NCBI GenBank assembly: GCA_964016885.1
Contig: OZ024746.1
Location: forward strand, 100,750,001-100,814,000
From: Eledone cirrhosa
Lineage: Eukaryota
Reading direction: 5' to 3'
DNA: 64,000 bases
Made by a program: the position numbers and the translations under genes. Positions within the stretch are counted from its first letter, which is position 1, and each line of letters opens with the position of its first letter. This document shows positions 36,301 through 45,700 of this stretch, one piece after another. The notes under the pieces were generated by a model. That model saw nothing but the letters and a program-made list of their open reading frames with translations. It was not told where the DNA came from and did not search any database.

Positions 36301-39300
36301 GTCAACAGTAAGCCACTAGACGGTAATCTTTTCTGGAGAACTTTCAGTTCAGGGCCCACAAATAACTTCAAGAAATCCTTTGCCTTGCTGTGCTACCAAG
36401 GAGCATTGCCAGTTTGAGATAAACTCTACAGGCATTAAGTGCCATCAGCACAGCCTGTCTGAGATGTGTGCAGGGCGATGACTTGTGGATTTATGCTGAA
36501 CACCTGCTGTCACATGTGGTACAGATTTGGTTATCAGCTGAGTCCATTGGGAAGATCGCCCTGCCAGCAAGGACAGGAAGTTTTTATCTATCTGGTGGCC
36601 ATGACAAAAGAGATTGTATGGTGGACATATTTGAAAGAGTTGATGACAGGCACTTTCCTTTTCAGTGACCCCCTAATTAACTTCTTCAGATTTCATCTGA
36701 AGAGCTAAATCAGGGTGAAGAAGGACGTGCTACCTTCCAACCAATTTATTGAAAGGTGGGTAAGAGAAGCAAGCATGGTCTGAGTAAATGGTCCTGCTCT
36801 GAGTGTGCACCTGTAGATTGGAGGAGGACAACAGGGAGAAGGCACTTGCTCTAGCAGTCAGGGTGACCATGGGTTTCCTCCATATGTGACCCTCAGAAGT
36901 CCCCGTATTTGGAATTTTATATTGTTTCAATTTTTACATGCAGAAACCCACACTGTACCACCCTGTACTGTCCTTAATGTTTTCATAATGTGAGCCCTGC
37001 ATGGCCAATAAAGAAATCATTATTATTGATGATGATGATGATTTGTACAGTGATTATGATTAATGGATCTTCTACGGTCTGTCGAGTCTCAACAAAAACC
37101 CTAGGCAGAGTATTTTCCAGGGTATATGTTCAGTGCCCAACAGGGCAGTTTTTAAAGGAGAGCAATTTATGATTCAAGGGAGTTTGTGAGGGGTTGCAGA
37201 TGATTGGGAAAAATGGAGAAACCTGCCATGTGGCATTCATGGGAAAAATGGCTTTAAAACATTTGTTGTTATATTTAAGAAATGTAAATCCTGTTTCTTT
37301 CTATTTTATTATAGGACAAAGCGATCTGTTAACCAAAACACCATTACAGTCCTATATACTGTTTATGCAGAAAATATTAATAAAAATAATCTGGAAAATA
37401 TGCTAAACAGTTCCTGTGATACACAATGTTGTGACTATGCAGGTTTTTGTGTCATACCTAGTTCTTTACAAACAACTGGTCAGTACTTTTTACCAATTGT
37501 TCTTACTAATAATTGTGTGTCCATTCTCCCATACGACCATAGATTGCATAATCTTTCAATTTTTTTATTTTCTCCATGGTTTTTAAATCTTTTTACAAAC
37601 TGATACTTTTCCTAATGCTTAACCTTCTGGCTGTGATGAACTGTAACTATTTCTTCCAACTATGTAATCTACTGAAAACATTGTTTAGTGGACTGCTACA
37701 TAATTATGAAGATAGATTTGTAATCAATCACTATACATTCACTAACAAACATCAAGGTAAAAATCTAAGAATCACAAAGGATGAAATAAGGAACTGGTGT
37801 ATAAAACTTGCTCCTTGTATGCTCATTTATCATCCTGATGTTAAAAATGTTCTTACTGCTCTTTTTCTTCTATATGTCCTAGTGATAAAGGTAAAAACTT
37901 GGCAGTCATTAAAACATGGGATAAAATACTTTCCACTACAGTATTTCTTCCAGTATTTTACCAAACTTAGACCAATTACATCAATTTTCAAGTCAAGAGT
38001 ACTCAAACTATATGGCCATATAAAAAGATCAACTCATGGTGTGAGCGGGTTATGCCTGGAAGGAAGGTTGGCTGGTAAGAGGAGCAGAGGCCGGCAGCCA
38101 AAACAATGGGTTGACAATGTCAACTTATGGACTAGATTTGATCTTTGCTCTTTGAACTCTGGTGATCAAACTTTGTGGAGAGAGATTTCACATGTTGATG
38201 CACAGTCTGCAACTGGCGGAGTTTAGCATCACGAAAGAAGATTTCTTCCAGTTCTCTGTACTCAAATTCCGCCAAGGTCAACTTAGCTTTTCATCCTTTT
38301 AAGGCCAATTAAAAAAGTACCAGTCCAGTACTGGAGTTTATTCTTTCTCTACATCTCTTTTCACTTAAATATACTCTATAATACTTTGTAGCTGAAAACA
38401 TTTGCAAGGAAAACTTTTGTGATTCACATTCTACAATGTGTAAAGAAGAGCAAAATGGTTTCAAATGTGAATGTAAACCAGGTTTTGAGATATTTGCAGA
38501 ATATAGCCCTTTTCGATGTAAAGGTAAGTACAACTACATGGATATATATTTGTTATGGAGTGAAGTTGAATGTAGTTTATGAAAAAATTAATTTTATTTG
38601 GTGTAACTCTTATAATTACATGAGCCATTGTTTTATGAATGAAATTGATTATTCTGTTTCATTGAAATATAGCTATATATTCACAAAAAAAATAATTAAA
38701 ATAAAAGTAGCACAAATAGAAAATAAAATAATTGTTTGATGAAACACAATACATATTATTTTTTACCTTATTTCATATTTCTATATACAAACACAAATTA
38801 TTAAATTCAAATAATCTGAAGCAGGTAGAGAAGTTCAAGTATCTCGGGTCCATGTTCATGAGTGATGGAAGGCAAGGGGCTGAATTAAGTCCAAGAATTG
38901 CAGGAGCTGGTGCAATAATGTGCCAGCTTCAGCTGTCTTCAGTTTGGTATTCATGCCAACCCTTACCTATGGTTATGGATCTATGGTAATGACCGAAAGA
39001 ATATGATTGAGAATGCAAGCAGCTGAAATGGGGTTCTTCCAAAGGGTCTTTGGAGTGACATTACTCGATAGAGTGTGTAGCTCGGAGATCAGGGAGTCAC
39101 TCCAGGTAGAGCCGCTACTTCTCCGAATTGAGAGATCACAGCTCCGAAGCTATGAACATGTGGTTAGAATGTCTCAGGAAAGAATTGCTGGACAGATTTT
39201 ATGGGTAAAACCAGCCATCAGGAGACCCAGGAGTAGATCCCGAGCAAGATGGTTGGATAATATCCATGAGATTGGTCGGTCTAGTTTGGGGATCCAGCAG

Positions 39301-42300
39301 GATCAGTTGGAGATGGTTGCTTCTGACAGGACCCACTGGAAGGAGTGTTTGAGGACTCATCTTTGTAAAGATGATATTTTTCCTAATTGTTGGTATGCTT
39401 GTAACATTCACTTCACATTAGGTGAAACAGACCCTTGACTCTACTGACAGATACATAAATCTATATATGAACACTTGAGTAGGGAGATAAATGCTACTTT
39501 TTGATAAGCTTGTTTATTGTCATCATAAATGTGAGGCTAATAAGGAATTGATGTTGTTTTAAGTTAATTAAAACATCTCTTTTGAATGATTTCATGTTGA
39601 TACAAACAATTGGTAAAGTTTGTCATCCATCAACAGCATTTATCAGAGTGTCAGTTTCTTAGGTCAACATTTCTCAACATTATTATTGAATAAAGTGTTA
39701 CAGTACTAATATTAAAAGGATTTTAAAATTCTGGTGGATACAGAGTTGTTTTGTGGCATCAGCAACAAAATCAACACTTTTAAGACTAATAGTCTCTCCT
39801 GGCAAGTTATTTTATAAATAACGTATTTCCCGGCGTCGAAGACGCTGCTTTCTTCCTAAAATAAGTCTCAAAAATCTACCATGGGTCCTGGAGGCCAAAG
39901 GTTGTTTATTATTTTCTTTTTTTTTTTCAAATTTTTTGTTGTCAAAATTAAGGTGCGTCCTCAAGGACAAAGCATCTTCGGTGTCGGGAAATACGATAGT
40001 TTCACTGTTTAGTTTGTCAACTTCTGTATTTGTTGTAGTTGAAATAGTTTTTGATGATAGTCATAGCACATTGAGAGAATTATTCTCTAATTTTTCATAT
40101 ATATGTTGGATTAAATCTTCTTTGTTATTCAAATAAAAGTAAGAAAGAATTCCAATATTTTTGGTCGGTGTGTAGGATACTAACAACATGAGGAAGTCTA
40201 CCTTCATCAATTTGCAACAACCCCTGTATTATTAATGCTATGACAAAAGCACCCAGTCCACCCTGTACTAGAACCATGACAGAGACTACCACCATGTGAG
40301 GTGGTCATGTTGGTGTCATAACAAAAAGGATTGGAGATGATTCTCCAGTCAGGCTTATCATATGACAACCTCTTTAGAGCTAGTATCCCAATAAAATGCA
40401 CTCAGTACATTCTGTAAAGTGTTAGTGTTGATACTACGGTAAAATGCACCCAGTCCATTATGTAAAGTGGTAGTGCTGATGTCATGAAAAAAACACCCAG
40501 CAGACCCTATAATGTTAGAAAGTACATCCGGCTACAGAAACCATTCCAAAGATGGAACATAAGCAATGTTGGTTGCTGTGACTTGTCTGGTCTTTGACTT
40601 GAGAACCTGTCTAACCCATACCAGAGGGACATAAAAGTGAGGAGGAAGTTAATGATAAAGTGATACAGTGACTTCTTTAATCAAAAATCAAAACTTTTGA
40701 TGCTCTCAAATAAAAAAAAAATAAAAACTTTTGATGCTCTCAAATTCAAAATACAGCTTACTGAAATATTTCTTTTCAGCCATGAATGCAATTAATAAAG
40801 AACAGATGGGCTTTTTTCGTATATTTGCTTTGCAAAATAGGACAGCTAATGAAGATAACCTGCAGTGCATTTCTTTTTTTATTTGTACTCCTACAAAATT
40901 GTTAATTATCATAGATGCTTATAAAAGTTTGAATTTTTTAAATTAATGAGATCAATGTTATTTTTTTAAATTTAGATATTGACGAATGTAATACTTCTAC
41001 ACCTTGTGGAGATGTCTCTTGCCAGAATATATTTGGTAGTTATAAATGTTTGTGTGAATTTGGCCATGTCTTTAAGAATGCAAGTCAATCTTGTGTTGGT
41101 GAGTATTAGTATTTTTTTATTTTTTTATTAAAGTTTTAGTCAAAATTCATTTAGTTGTGACATAGATAGCTGCTGAGGTATAATATGCAGAATCTATCCC
41201 ACAGACAAATCAGTGATAATATTGTTTAGCTCCCAAATCAACCCATATTCAGCAGACATATAACCAAAGATGTTCCAATTAGACCATCCTGTATTTTGGG
41301 CAGTGATTAGACCAACATTAACTAGAGTGTCCTTCCTTTTTTCTGAACAGTAGGAGATATTGCTGCTATTTTTAGCAATATAAACAATCTTGTAGAATGT
41401 CTAAAACCCTTATACTAGCATTAGCTTTTGATATAAAACATTTAGTATAGCAAACTGTTGTTCATCGTCATCTTGATTCTGTATCATCAGATTTGTGAAG
41501 CTATCTTTAGGTCTGATCGTTTTACCTCCATCTCCTGTGTCTTTCCTAGATGCAGGCATTTCCCATTATCATCTGACAGCGCTTTTTCATCCTGTACTCA
41601 TCTTTTTATTTCATATGTTCATACCAGCAGTTCTCTCCTGTGTTCATAGGCCAACAGGAAGGGAGGATTTGTTAGTAAAGTTGTAAGAGGGAGAAAGATT
41701 TTATAAAAATGTTGTGCACAGAAAATATTACTATACTGGATTATAAAAACCATTCATTTGAGATATTTTTTATTTATTATTAATATCAGTTAGTTGAGAG
41801 AAAAGCAGTGGTCGTAGTCACCTAAACCTCAGAACAGGAGCAAAGTGGAATTGATGTTCAGTTTAAATTTTTACAAATCAATACTTGATACGAATGAATT
41901 ACTAAAAGAAGCAAAACCTCTAAAATCTGGTGATACTGCCTATCATTATTACTAGGTTAACTTTGCCTGTCATCCTTATGGGGTCGATAGAATAAAGTAC
42001 CAGTAATACACTGGGTAATTGCTGGCCTTGTGCCAAAAGTAGAAACAATTATTACTAGGTCAAGGATTGGGAGTATCGGTAGAGGGTCTGACGCCATGCT
42101 TTGCAGCATTGAGTTACGGCCCTTTATGGTCTGAGTTCAAATCCTGTCGCGGTTAACTTTGCCTTTCATCCTTACGGGGTCGATAAAATAAAGTACCAGT
42201 AATGTACTGGGTATTTGCTGGCCTTGTGCCAAAAGTAGAAACAATTATTACTAGGTCAACTTTGCCTTTGATATTGGGGTCAAATTAATAGACTTTTCCT

Positions 42301-42640
42301 TCCGCCAAATTACTGGCCCTGTGCCTAAATTAGAAATGGTTATTACAACAGCTTCAATTTTCTCAACTTGATCACTAGATATAATTTCCACTTATAAACA
42401 GGTCTCTTTTCTGGAAGTCCATTTTTTATGGTTTCTCATTTTCCCTCCAACCACAACTCAAGTAACTTACCACTACAGTCTCACCCTACTTTCAACCAAA
42501 CTTTGCTAAGATTACTTTTTTTTCATTCCTAAATATATGAAACATTTTTTTCCGGTTTCTTATTTTAATCTAGATGTATGTGCTGGGAGTCCATGTAAAA
42601 ATGGAGAGTGTATAAAACTTAACGAGTCTTATCGGTGCAG
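796..42640 (+). CDS. Partial multi-exon gene: mucin-like VWD/EGF/SEA extracellular protein (MUC4/SUSD2-like architecture); both ends lie outside the window
   Basis: Thirteen exons with AG acceptors and GT (one GC) donors join in matching phases with no stops. EGF and cbEGF Cys patterns and an SEA-like segment are recognisable. Confidence 0.85.
993..1420 (-). mobile_element. Degenerate RTE/SINE 3'-tail fragments with an internal ~50-bp tandem duplication (1030-1146)
   Basis: (CAT)n tail and CTGGATGCCTTCCTAACACCAACC match the reverse complement of the RTE 3' UTR at ~11845-11880. Confidence 0.6.
2499..2738 (+). CDS. Exon b: post-VWD Cys-containing linker ([10 protein letters not shown]...[11 protein letters not shown]...FKEI)
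   Basis: tatttcag acceptor and G|gtgagt donor, phase 1 to 1, open frame. Confidence 0.85.
3000..3400 (+). mobile_element. Degenerate CRE-like RLE non-LTR retrotransposon fragment
   Basis: [10 protein letters not shown] and remnants of LEPVGLD..D...PDGI.LFP parallel the motif seen at 3940-4000. Confidence 0.55.
3540..4270 (+). mobile_element. CRE-like non-LTR retrotransposon 3' fragment (CCHC knuckle plus restriction-like endonuclease), pseudogenised
   Basis: CRC...HGLSC...RH..LN.II.RAL...EPSGL...[12 protein letters not shown]...WDVTVSD matches the CRE-clade RLE motif order. Confidence 0.8.
4575..5935 (-). mobile_element. Penelope-like retroelement 3' part: RT thumb, GIY-YIG endonuclease and pseudo-LTR
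   Basis: [17 protein letters not shown] (RT C-terminus) and [10 protein letters not shown]...[17 protein letters not shown] (GIY-YIG), followed by a non-coding tail. Confidence 0.9.
4773..4815 (-). ncRNA. Minimal type-I hammerhead ribozyme in the Penelope pseudo-LTR
   Basis: Minus strand reads GUCA-CUGAAGA-G-GUCACA-GAAUG-UGUGAC-GAAA-GAA-CUU-UGAC: conserved core boxes, stem II, stem I GUCA/UGAC and a tiny stem III. Confidence 0.75.
6470..7167 (-). mobile_element. Cluster of tRNA-derived Nin/Deu-domain-like SINEs (~6470-6560 partial, ~6718-6930, ~6975-7167)
   Basis: Minus strand has A-box TGGCAGTATCGG, B-box GAGTTCAAATCC and core GCCTTTCATCCTTACGGGGTCGATAAAATAAAGTACCAG; the family recurs across the window. 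Confidence 0.85.
7378..7524 (+). CDS. Exon c: Ig/cadherin-like segment ([15 protein letters not shown]...[11 protein letters not shown]...DYIF)
   Basis: tttctttgcag acceptor and G|gtaaat donor, phase 1 to 1. N.PP and D.N.D motifs are present. Confidence 0.85.
8162..11995 (+). mobile_element. Near full-length RTE-clade LINE (APE endonuclease, RT, PHD-like finger, (GAT)n tail)
   Basis: APE motifs [29 protein letters not shown]; RT motifs [31 protein letters not shown]; GATGATGATGAT tail at ~11984-11995. Confidence 0.97.
8372..11610 (+). pseudogene. RTE single ORF disabled by a 1-bp deletion (~9062) and an in-frame TAA (10162-10164)
   Basis: The frame resumes as [14 protein letters not shown] at 9064, in phase with the ORFs at 9229 and 10216. 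KGK*DAL here compares with KGKGDAL in the paralog at ~20660. Confidence 0.9.
12565..12750 (+). CDS. Exon d (ENGSLNWNP...[27 protein letters not shown]...KNR)
   Basis: tctcttcag acceptor and C|gtaagt donor, phase 1 to 1. Confidence 0.88.
12826..12940. repeat. (TA)/(TG) compound microsatellite
   Basis: Alternating TA/TG runs downstream of exon d. Confidence 0.8.
13691..14040. repeat. 49-bp tandem minisatellite, ~7 copies
   Basis: Unit GGGAATATACAGGCTTTATATACCTGTTGCTTTCTGTCTCCCACCTCGA starts at 13691, 13740, etc. Confidence 0.97.
14225..14385 (-). mobile_element. Degenerate tRNA-derived SINE fragment
   Basis: Minus strand TGGTTGTGTGGATAAGATGTTTGCTTC...GGTTTCAGATTCCATCCTACTGCATGGCAC resembles A/B boxes. 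Confidence 0.6.
14484..14669 (+). CDS. Exon e: EGF-like ([12 protein letters not shown]...[14 protein letters not shown]...[16 protein letters not shown])
   Basis: ttattag acceptor, EGF Cys spacing, G|gcaagt non-canonical GC donor, phase 1 to 1. Confidence 0.9.
14885..15275 (-). mobile_element. Second Penelope-like fragment (GIY-YIG C-terminus plus 3' non-coding sequence)
   Basis: Minus frame reads [41 protein letters not shown], similar to the L.I.EAL.I....P..N end of GIY-YIG domains. Confidence 0.6.
15757..15876 (+). CDS. Exon f: EGF-like ([40 protein letters not shown])
   Basis: atacag acceptor and G|gttagt donor, 120 nt, phase 1 to 1, six Cys. Not in the ORF track. Confidence 0.92.
16540..16681. 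repeat. ~36-bp tandem repeat, 4 copies
   Basis: ATAACTATAACTGGATATATACTGACTGTTTGAC is repeated with small indels. Confidence 0.9.
17060..17270 (-). mobile_element. Nin/Deu-like SINE copy
   Basis: Same core as 6975-7167. Confidence 0.85.
17404..17529 (+). CDS. Exon g: calcium-binding EGF ([11 protein letters not shown]...[16 protein letters not shown]...CEI)
   Basis: DINEC and C.NT.GSF.C.C consensus; ctttcttgtag acceptor and T|gtaagt donor. Confidence 0.95.
17592..20888 (-). mobile_element. 5'-truncated, degenerate copy of the PHD-bearing RTE family, interrupted by a nested LINE
   Basis: Reverse-strand homology to ~9925-11995: [35 protein letters not shown]; (CAT)n tail at 17593. Confidence 0.92.
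18984..20288 (-). mobile_element. Nested RTE/BovB-like LINE (different family), truncated and internally deleted, with 7-bp TSD
   Basis: [49 protein letters not shown]; TCACTAT is duplicated at 18977-18983 and 20289-20295. Confidence 0.92.
20889..21128 (+). mobile_element. RTE 3' UTR and tail fused head-to-head to the minus-strand RTE copy
   Basis: Matches ~11785-11995 (GGCCGTGTAGG...CACTGTAAATGTGGTTGGTGTTAGG...TCTTGCCTCAAGTGGGA...GATGA). Confidence 0.9.
21191..21382. repeat. Compound trinucleotide microsatellite (GAT)n(GAC)n(GAT)n(GGT)n
   Basis: Read directly from the sequence. Confidence 0.99.
21446..22150. repeat. G/T-rich ~24-bp minisatellite (GTGTTGAGATGGTGGTGTG...)
   Basis: Recurrent TTGAGATGGTGGTG core with strong strand asymmetry. 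Confidence 0.95.
22225..22358 (+). CDS. Exon h: SEA-like N-terminal part ([13 protein letters not shown]...[20 protein letters not shown])
   Basis: attatcag acceptor and gtaagt donor, phase 1 to 0. F.G.L.I ... L.N..S..Y is the SEA N-terminal pattern. Confidence 0.85.
22437..23622. repeat. Pentanucleotide satellite (TACTA/TACTG)n
   Basis: Read directly from the sequence; ~1.2 kb. Confidence 0.98.
24043..24375 (+). mobile_element. tRNA-derived SINE with Meta/V-like core and RTE-derived 3' tail
   Basis: A-box TGACTTAGTGG, B-box GAGTTCAATTC, core TCCTTGAGCAAGACACTT, then GTTGGTGTTAGGAAGGGCATCCAGCTGTAG...(GAT)n as in the RTE 3' end. Confidence 0.85.
24401..24625 (+). mobile_element. Nin/Deu-like SINE copy
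   Basis: A/B boxes plus the GCCTTTCATCCTTACGG core. Confidence 0.85.
24681..24748 (+). CDS. Exon i: SEA-like middle ([23 protein letters not shown])
   Basis: tctattctag acceptor and AG|gtaagc donor, phase 0 to 2. Confidence 0.8.
24779..24972 (+). mobile_element. Nin/Deu-like SINE copy
   Basis: Same family, starting ~30 bp after the exon i donor. Confidence 0.85.
25581..26026. mobile_element. Foldback/MITE with ~180-bp inverted arms
   Basis: 25581-~25762 is the near-perfect reverse complement of ~25845-26026; termini ACTAGACC...GGTCTAGT. Confidence 0.9.
26806..29885. repeat. 54/74-bp tandem array derived from the R4-like element's 3' UTR
   Basis: Unit TCTCAGCTTCTAACACTGGAGATGTATTACAGTG[TTAGCTGTTCACTACCAGTG]AACTGAGATAACACCCCTTA lies between the stop codon and the (TAA)n tail. 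Confidence 0.95.
30571..31180. repeat. 35/30-bp tandem array inside the R4-like ORF
   Basis: Unit TGTTCTAATGCTGTCTTCACACCCCACCCCACCTC; the terminal copy continues into [15 protein letters not shown] coding sequence. Confidence 0.95.
31485..31789 (-). mobile_element. Short LINE (RTE-like) 3' fragment nested in the R4-like element, 11-bp TSD
   Basis: [25 protein letters not shown]; TAATTACTTAT is duplicated at 31474-31484 and 31790-31800. Confidence 0.85.
32452..34542. repeat. 39/36-bp tandem array
   Basis: Unit TTATCTGGTATAACCACTTCATCTGTACACTCTC(CAA)TA; both lengths are multiples of 3, which explains the long ORFs. Confidence 0.97.
34543..34902 (-). mobile_element. Second R4-like RLE fragment (CCHC end plus RLE)
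   Basis: [17 protein letters not shown]...VIHWHLC...WYEHKPESV...[10 protein letters not shown]...NRPDLVV...IVDVACP...KEKEKI.RYQDL. Confidence 0.9.
35268..35434. mobile_element. Tc1/mariner-pogo-type MITE with TA target duplication
   Basis: TA|CCGTATTTTCCAGCG...CGCCGGGAAATACAG|TA; second copy at 39821-39996. Confidence 0.85.
35950..36800 (+). mobile_element. Highly degenerate L1/Tx1-like LINE 3' region
   Basis: Frame-broken remnants [10 protein letters not shown]...LSAESIGK and [12 protein letters not shown]...FFRFHLK resemble Tx1/L1 C-termini. Confidence 0.5.
37315..37478 (+). CDS. Exon j: SEA-like C-terminal part with furin-type site ([18 protein letters not shown]...[21 protein letters not shown])
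   Basis: Long pyrimidine tract ending attatag, G|gtcagt donor. Phase 2 to 1 fits both neighbouring exons. Confidence 0.85.
37960..38240 (+). mobile_element. RTE-like 3' fragment
   Basis: [10 protein letters not shown]...LEG...[18 protein letters not shown]. Confidence 0.75.
38255..38340 (+). mobile_element. Partial Nin/Deu-like SINE
   Basis: TCAAATTCCGCCAAGGTCAACTTAGCTTTTCATCC...AAGTACCAG. Confidence 0.7.
38392..38523 (+). CDS. Exon k: EGF-like ([17 protein letters not shown]...FKCECKPGF...FRCK)
   Basis: ctttgtag acceptor and G|gtaagt donor, 132 nt, six Cys. Confidence 0.92.
38812..39360 (+). mobile_element. RTE-like LINE 3' fragment (another family)
   Basis: [12 protein letters not shown]; [17 protein letters not shown]...IERSQLR..EHVVRM. 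Confidence 0.85.
39821..39996. mobile_element. Second copy of the TA-flanked MITE
   Basis: Aligns end to end with 35268-35434. Confidence 0.85.
40200..40655 (+). mobile_element. Degenerate RTE/SINE 3'-tail-like sequence
   Basis: Repeated AAAAGCACCCAGT...TGTAAAGTG motifs and a TCTAACCCAT end as in RTE tails. Confidence 0.5.
40976..41098 (+). CDS. Exon l: calcium-binding EGF ([31 protein letters not shown]...SCV)
   Basis: DIDEC consensus; tttag acceptor and G|gtgagt donor, 123 nt. Confidence 0.95.
41955..42345 (+). mobile_element. Tandem Nin/Deu-like SINE cluster (3' half, full copy, 3' half)
   Basis: Three successive cores joined by ATTATTACTAGGT. Confidence 0.85.
42574..42640 (+). CDS. Exon m: first part of an EGF module ([22 protein letters not shown])
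   Basis: ttttaatctag acceptor and AG|gtgaga donor, phase 1 to 2. The next exon lies beyond the window. Confidence 0.9.
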
Positions 42641-42789
42641 GTGAGAGCAACAATGTCTTTGAAACTGATTTATTACAATCTAGCAGCAATTACACAATAC
42701 TGCCTCAATTCATAAATAACATTAACAAATTACTCTCCCGCTATAAAAAACTAATAAACAGGTCTTATGGTCAGCTACCCATAAAAACA

Positions 42790-45700
42790 TATATCTATAC
42801 ATACACATATACTTAACATATATATATATATATATAGACTTACATACACACGCACATACTCAACATGCAGTTACACACATATATATACTTAACATACAGT
42901 CACACACATATACTTAACATACATTCACACACACATATACTTAACATACATACACACACATATACTTAACATACATTCACACATACATATACTTAACATA
43001 CAGTCACACACACATATCCTTAACATACAGTCACATACATATACTTAACATACAGTCACACACATATACTTATCATACAGTCACACACATATACTTAACA
43101 TACAGTCACACACACATATACTTAACATACAGTCACACACACATATACTTAACATACAGTCACACACATATATATACTTAACATACAGTCTCACACACAT
43201 ATACTTAACATACAGTCACACACATATATACTTAATATACAATCACACACATATATACTTAACATACAGTCACACACACATATACTTAACATACAGTCAC
43301 ACACACATATACTTAACATACAGTCACACACACACATATATTTAACATACAGTCACACACATATACTTAACATACAGTCACACACACACATATACTTAAC
43401 ATACAATCACACACATATACTTAACATACAGTCACACACACATATACTTAACATACAGTCACACACATATACTTAACATACAGTCACACACATATACTTA
43501 ACATAGTCACACACACATATATACTTAACATACAGTCACACACACATATACTTAACATACAGTCACACACACATATACTTAACATACACTCACACACACA
43601 TATACTTAACATACATTCACACACACATATACTTAACATACAGTCACACACACATATACTTAACATACAGTCACACACATATACTTAACATACAGTCACA
43701 CACATATACTTAACATAGTCACACACACATATATACTTAACATACAGTCACACACACATATACTTAACATACACTCACACACACATATACTTAACATACA
43801 TTCACACACACATATACTTAACATACATTCACACACACATATACTTAACATACAGTCACACACATATATACTTAGCATACAGTCACACATATATATATAT
43901 ACTTAACATACAGTCACACACACATATACTTAACATACAGTCACACACACATATACTTAACATACAGTCACACACATATATACTTACCATACAGTCACAC
44001 ACATATACTTAACATACAGTCACACACACATATACTTAACATACATTCACACACATATATACTTAACATACAATCACACATATATACTTAACATACATTC
44101 ACACACACATATACTTAACATACAGTCACACACACATATACTTAACATACAGTCACACACACATATACTTAACATACAGTCACACACATATATACTTAAC
44201 ATACAATCACACATATATACTTAACATACAGTCACACACTCATATACTTCACATAGTCACACACATATACTTAACGTACAGTCACACACACATATACTTA
44301 ACATACAGTCACACACACATATACTTAACATACAGTCACACACATATACTTAACATACAATCACACACACATATACTTAACATACAGTCACACACATATA
44401 TACTTAACATACAGTCACACACATATATACTTAACATACAGTCACACACACAAACACTTAACATACAGTCACACACATATACTTAACATACAGTCACACA
44501 CATATATACTTAACATACAGTCACACACATATACTTAACATACAGTCACACACATATATACTTAACATACAGTCCCACACATATACTTAACATACAGTCA
44601 CACACACATATACTTAACATACAGTCACACACACATATACTTAACATACAGTCACACACACATATACTTAACAAACAGTCACACACATATATACTTAACA
44701 TACAGTCACACACATATATACTTAACATACAGTCACACACATATACTTAACATACAGTCACACACACATATACTTAACATACAGTCACACACACATATAC
44801 TTAACATACAGTCACACACACATATACTTAACATACAGTCACACACATATATACTTAACATACAGTCACACACATATACTTAACATACAGTCACACACAC
44901 ATATACTTAACATACAGTCACACATATACTTAACATACATTCACACACACATATACTTAACATACAGTCACACACACATATACTTAACATATAATCACAC
45001 ACACACATATACTTAACATACAGTCACACACACATATACTTAACATACAGTCACACACACATATACTTAACATACAGTCACAGACACCTATACTTAACAT
45101 ACAGTCTCACACACATATACTTAACATACATTCACACACACATATACTTAACATACAGTCACAGACACCTATACTTAACATACAGTCACAGACACCTATA
45201 CTTAACATACAGTCACACACATATATACTTAACATACAGTCACACACACATATACTTAACATACAGTCACACACACGTATACTTAACATACAGTCACACA
45301 CATGTATACTTAACATACAGTCACACACACATATACTTAACATACAGTCACACACACATATACTTTACATACAGTCACACACACATATACTTAACATACA
45401 GTCACACACGCATATACTTAACATACAGTCACACACACATATACTTAACATACATTCACACATATACTTAACATACAGTCACACACACATATACTTAACA
45501 TACAGTCCCACACACATATACTTAACATACAGTCACACACGCATATATTTAACATACAGTCACACACACATATACTTAACATACATTCACACACATATAT
45601 ACTTAACATACATTCACACACACATATACTTAACATACAGTCACACACACATATACTTAACATACAGTCACACACACATATACTTAACATACATTCACAC

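Noticed and set aside
37689-37756. Possible alternative phase 2-to-1 exon ([11 protein letters not shown]...KHQ) that would replace the furin-site exon
   Set aside because: Weak pyrimidine tract and weak donor (gtaaaa), and no SEA similarity; exon 37315-37478 fits much better.
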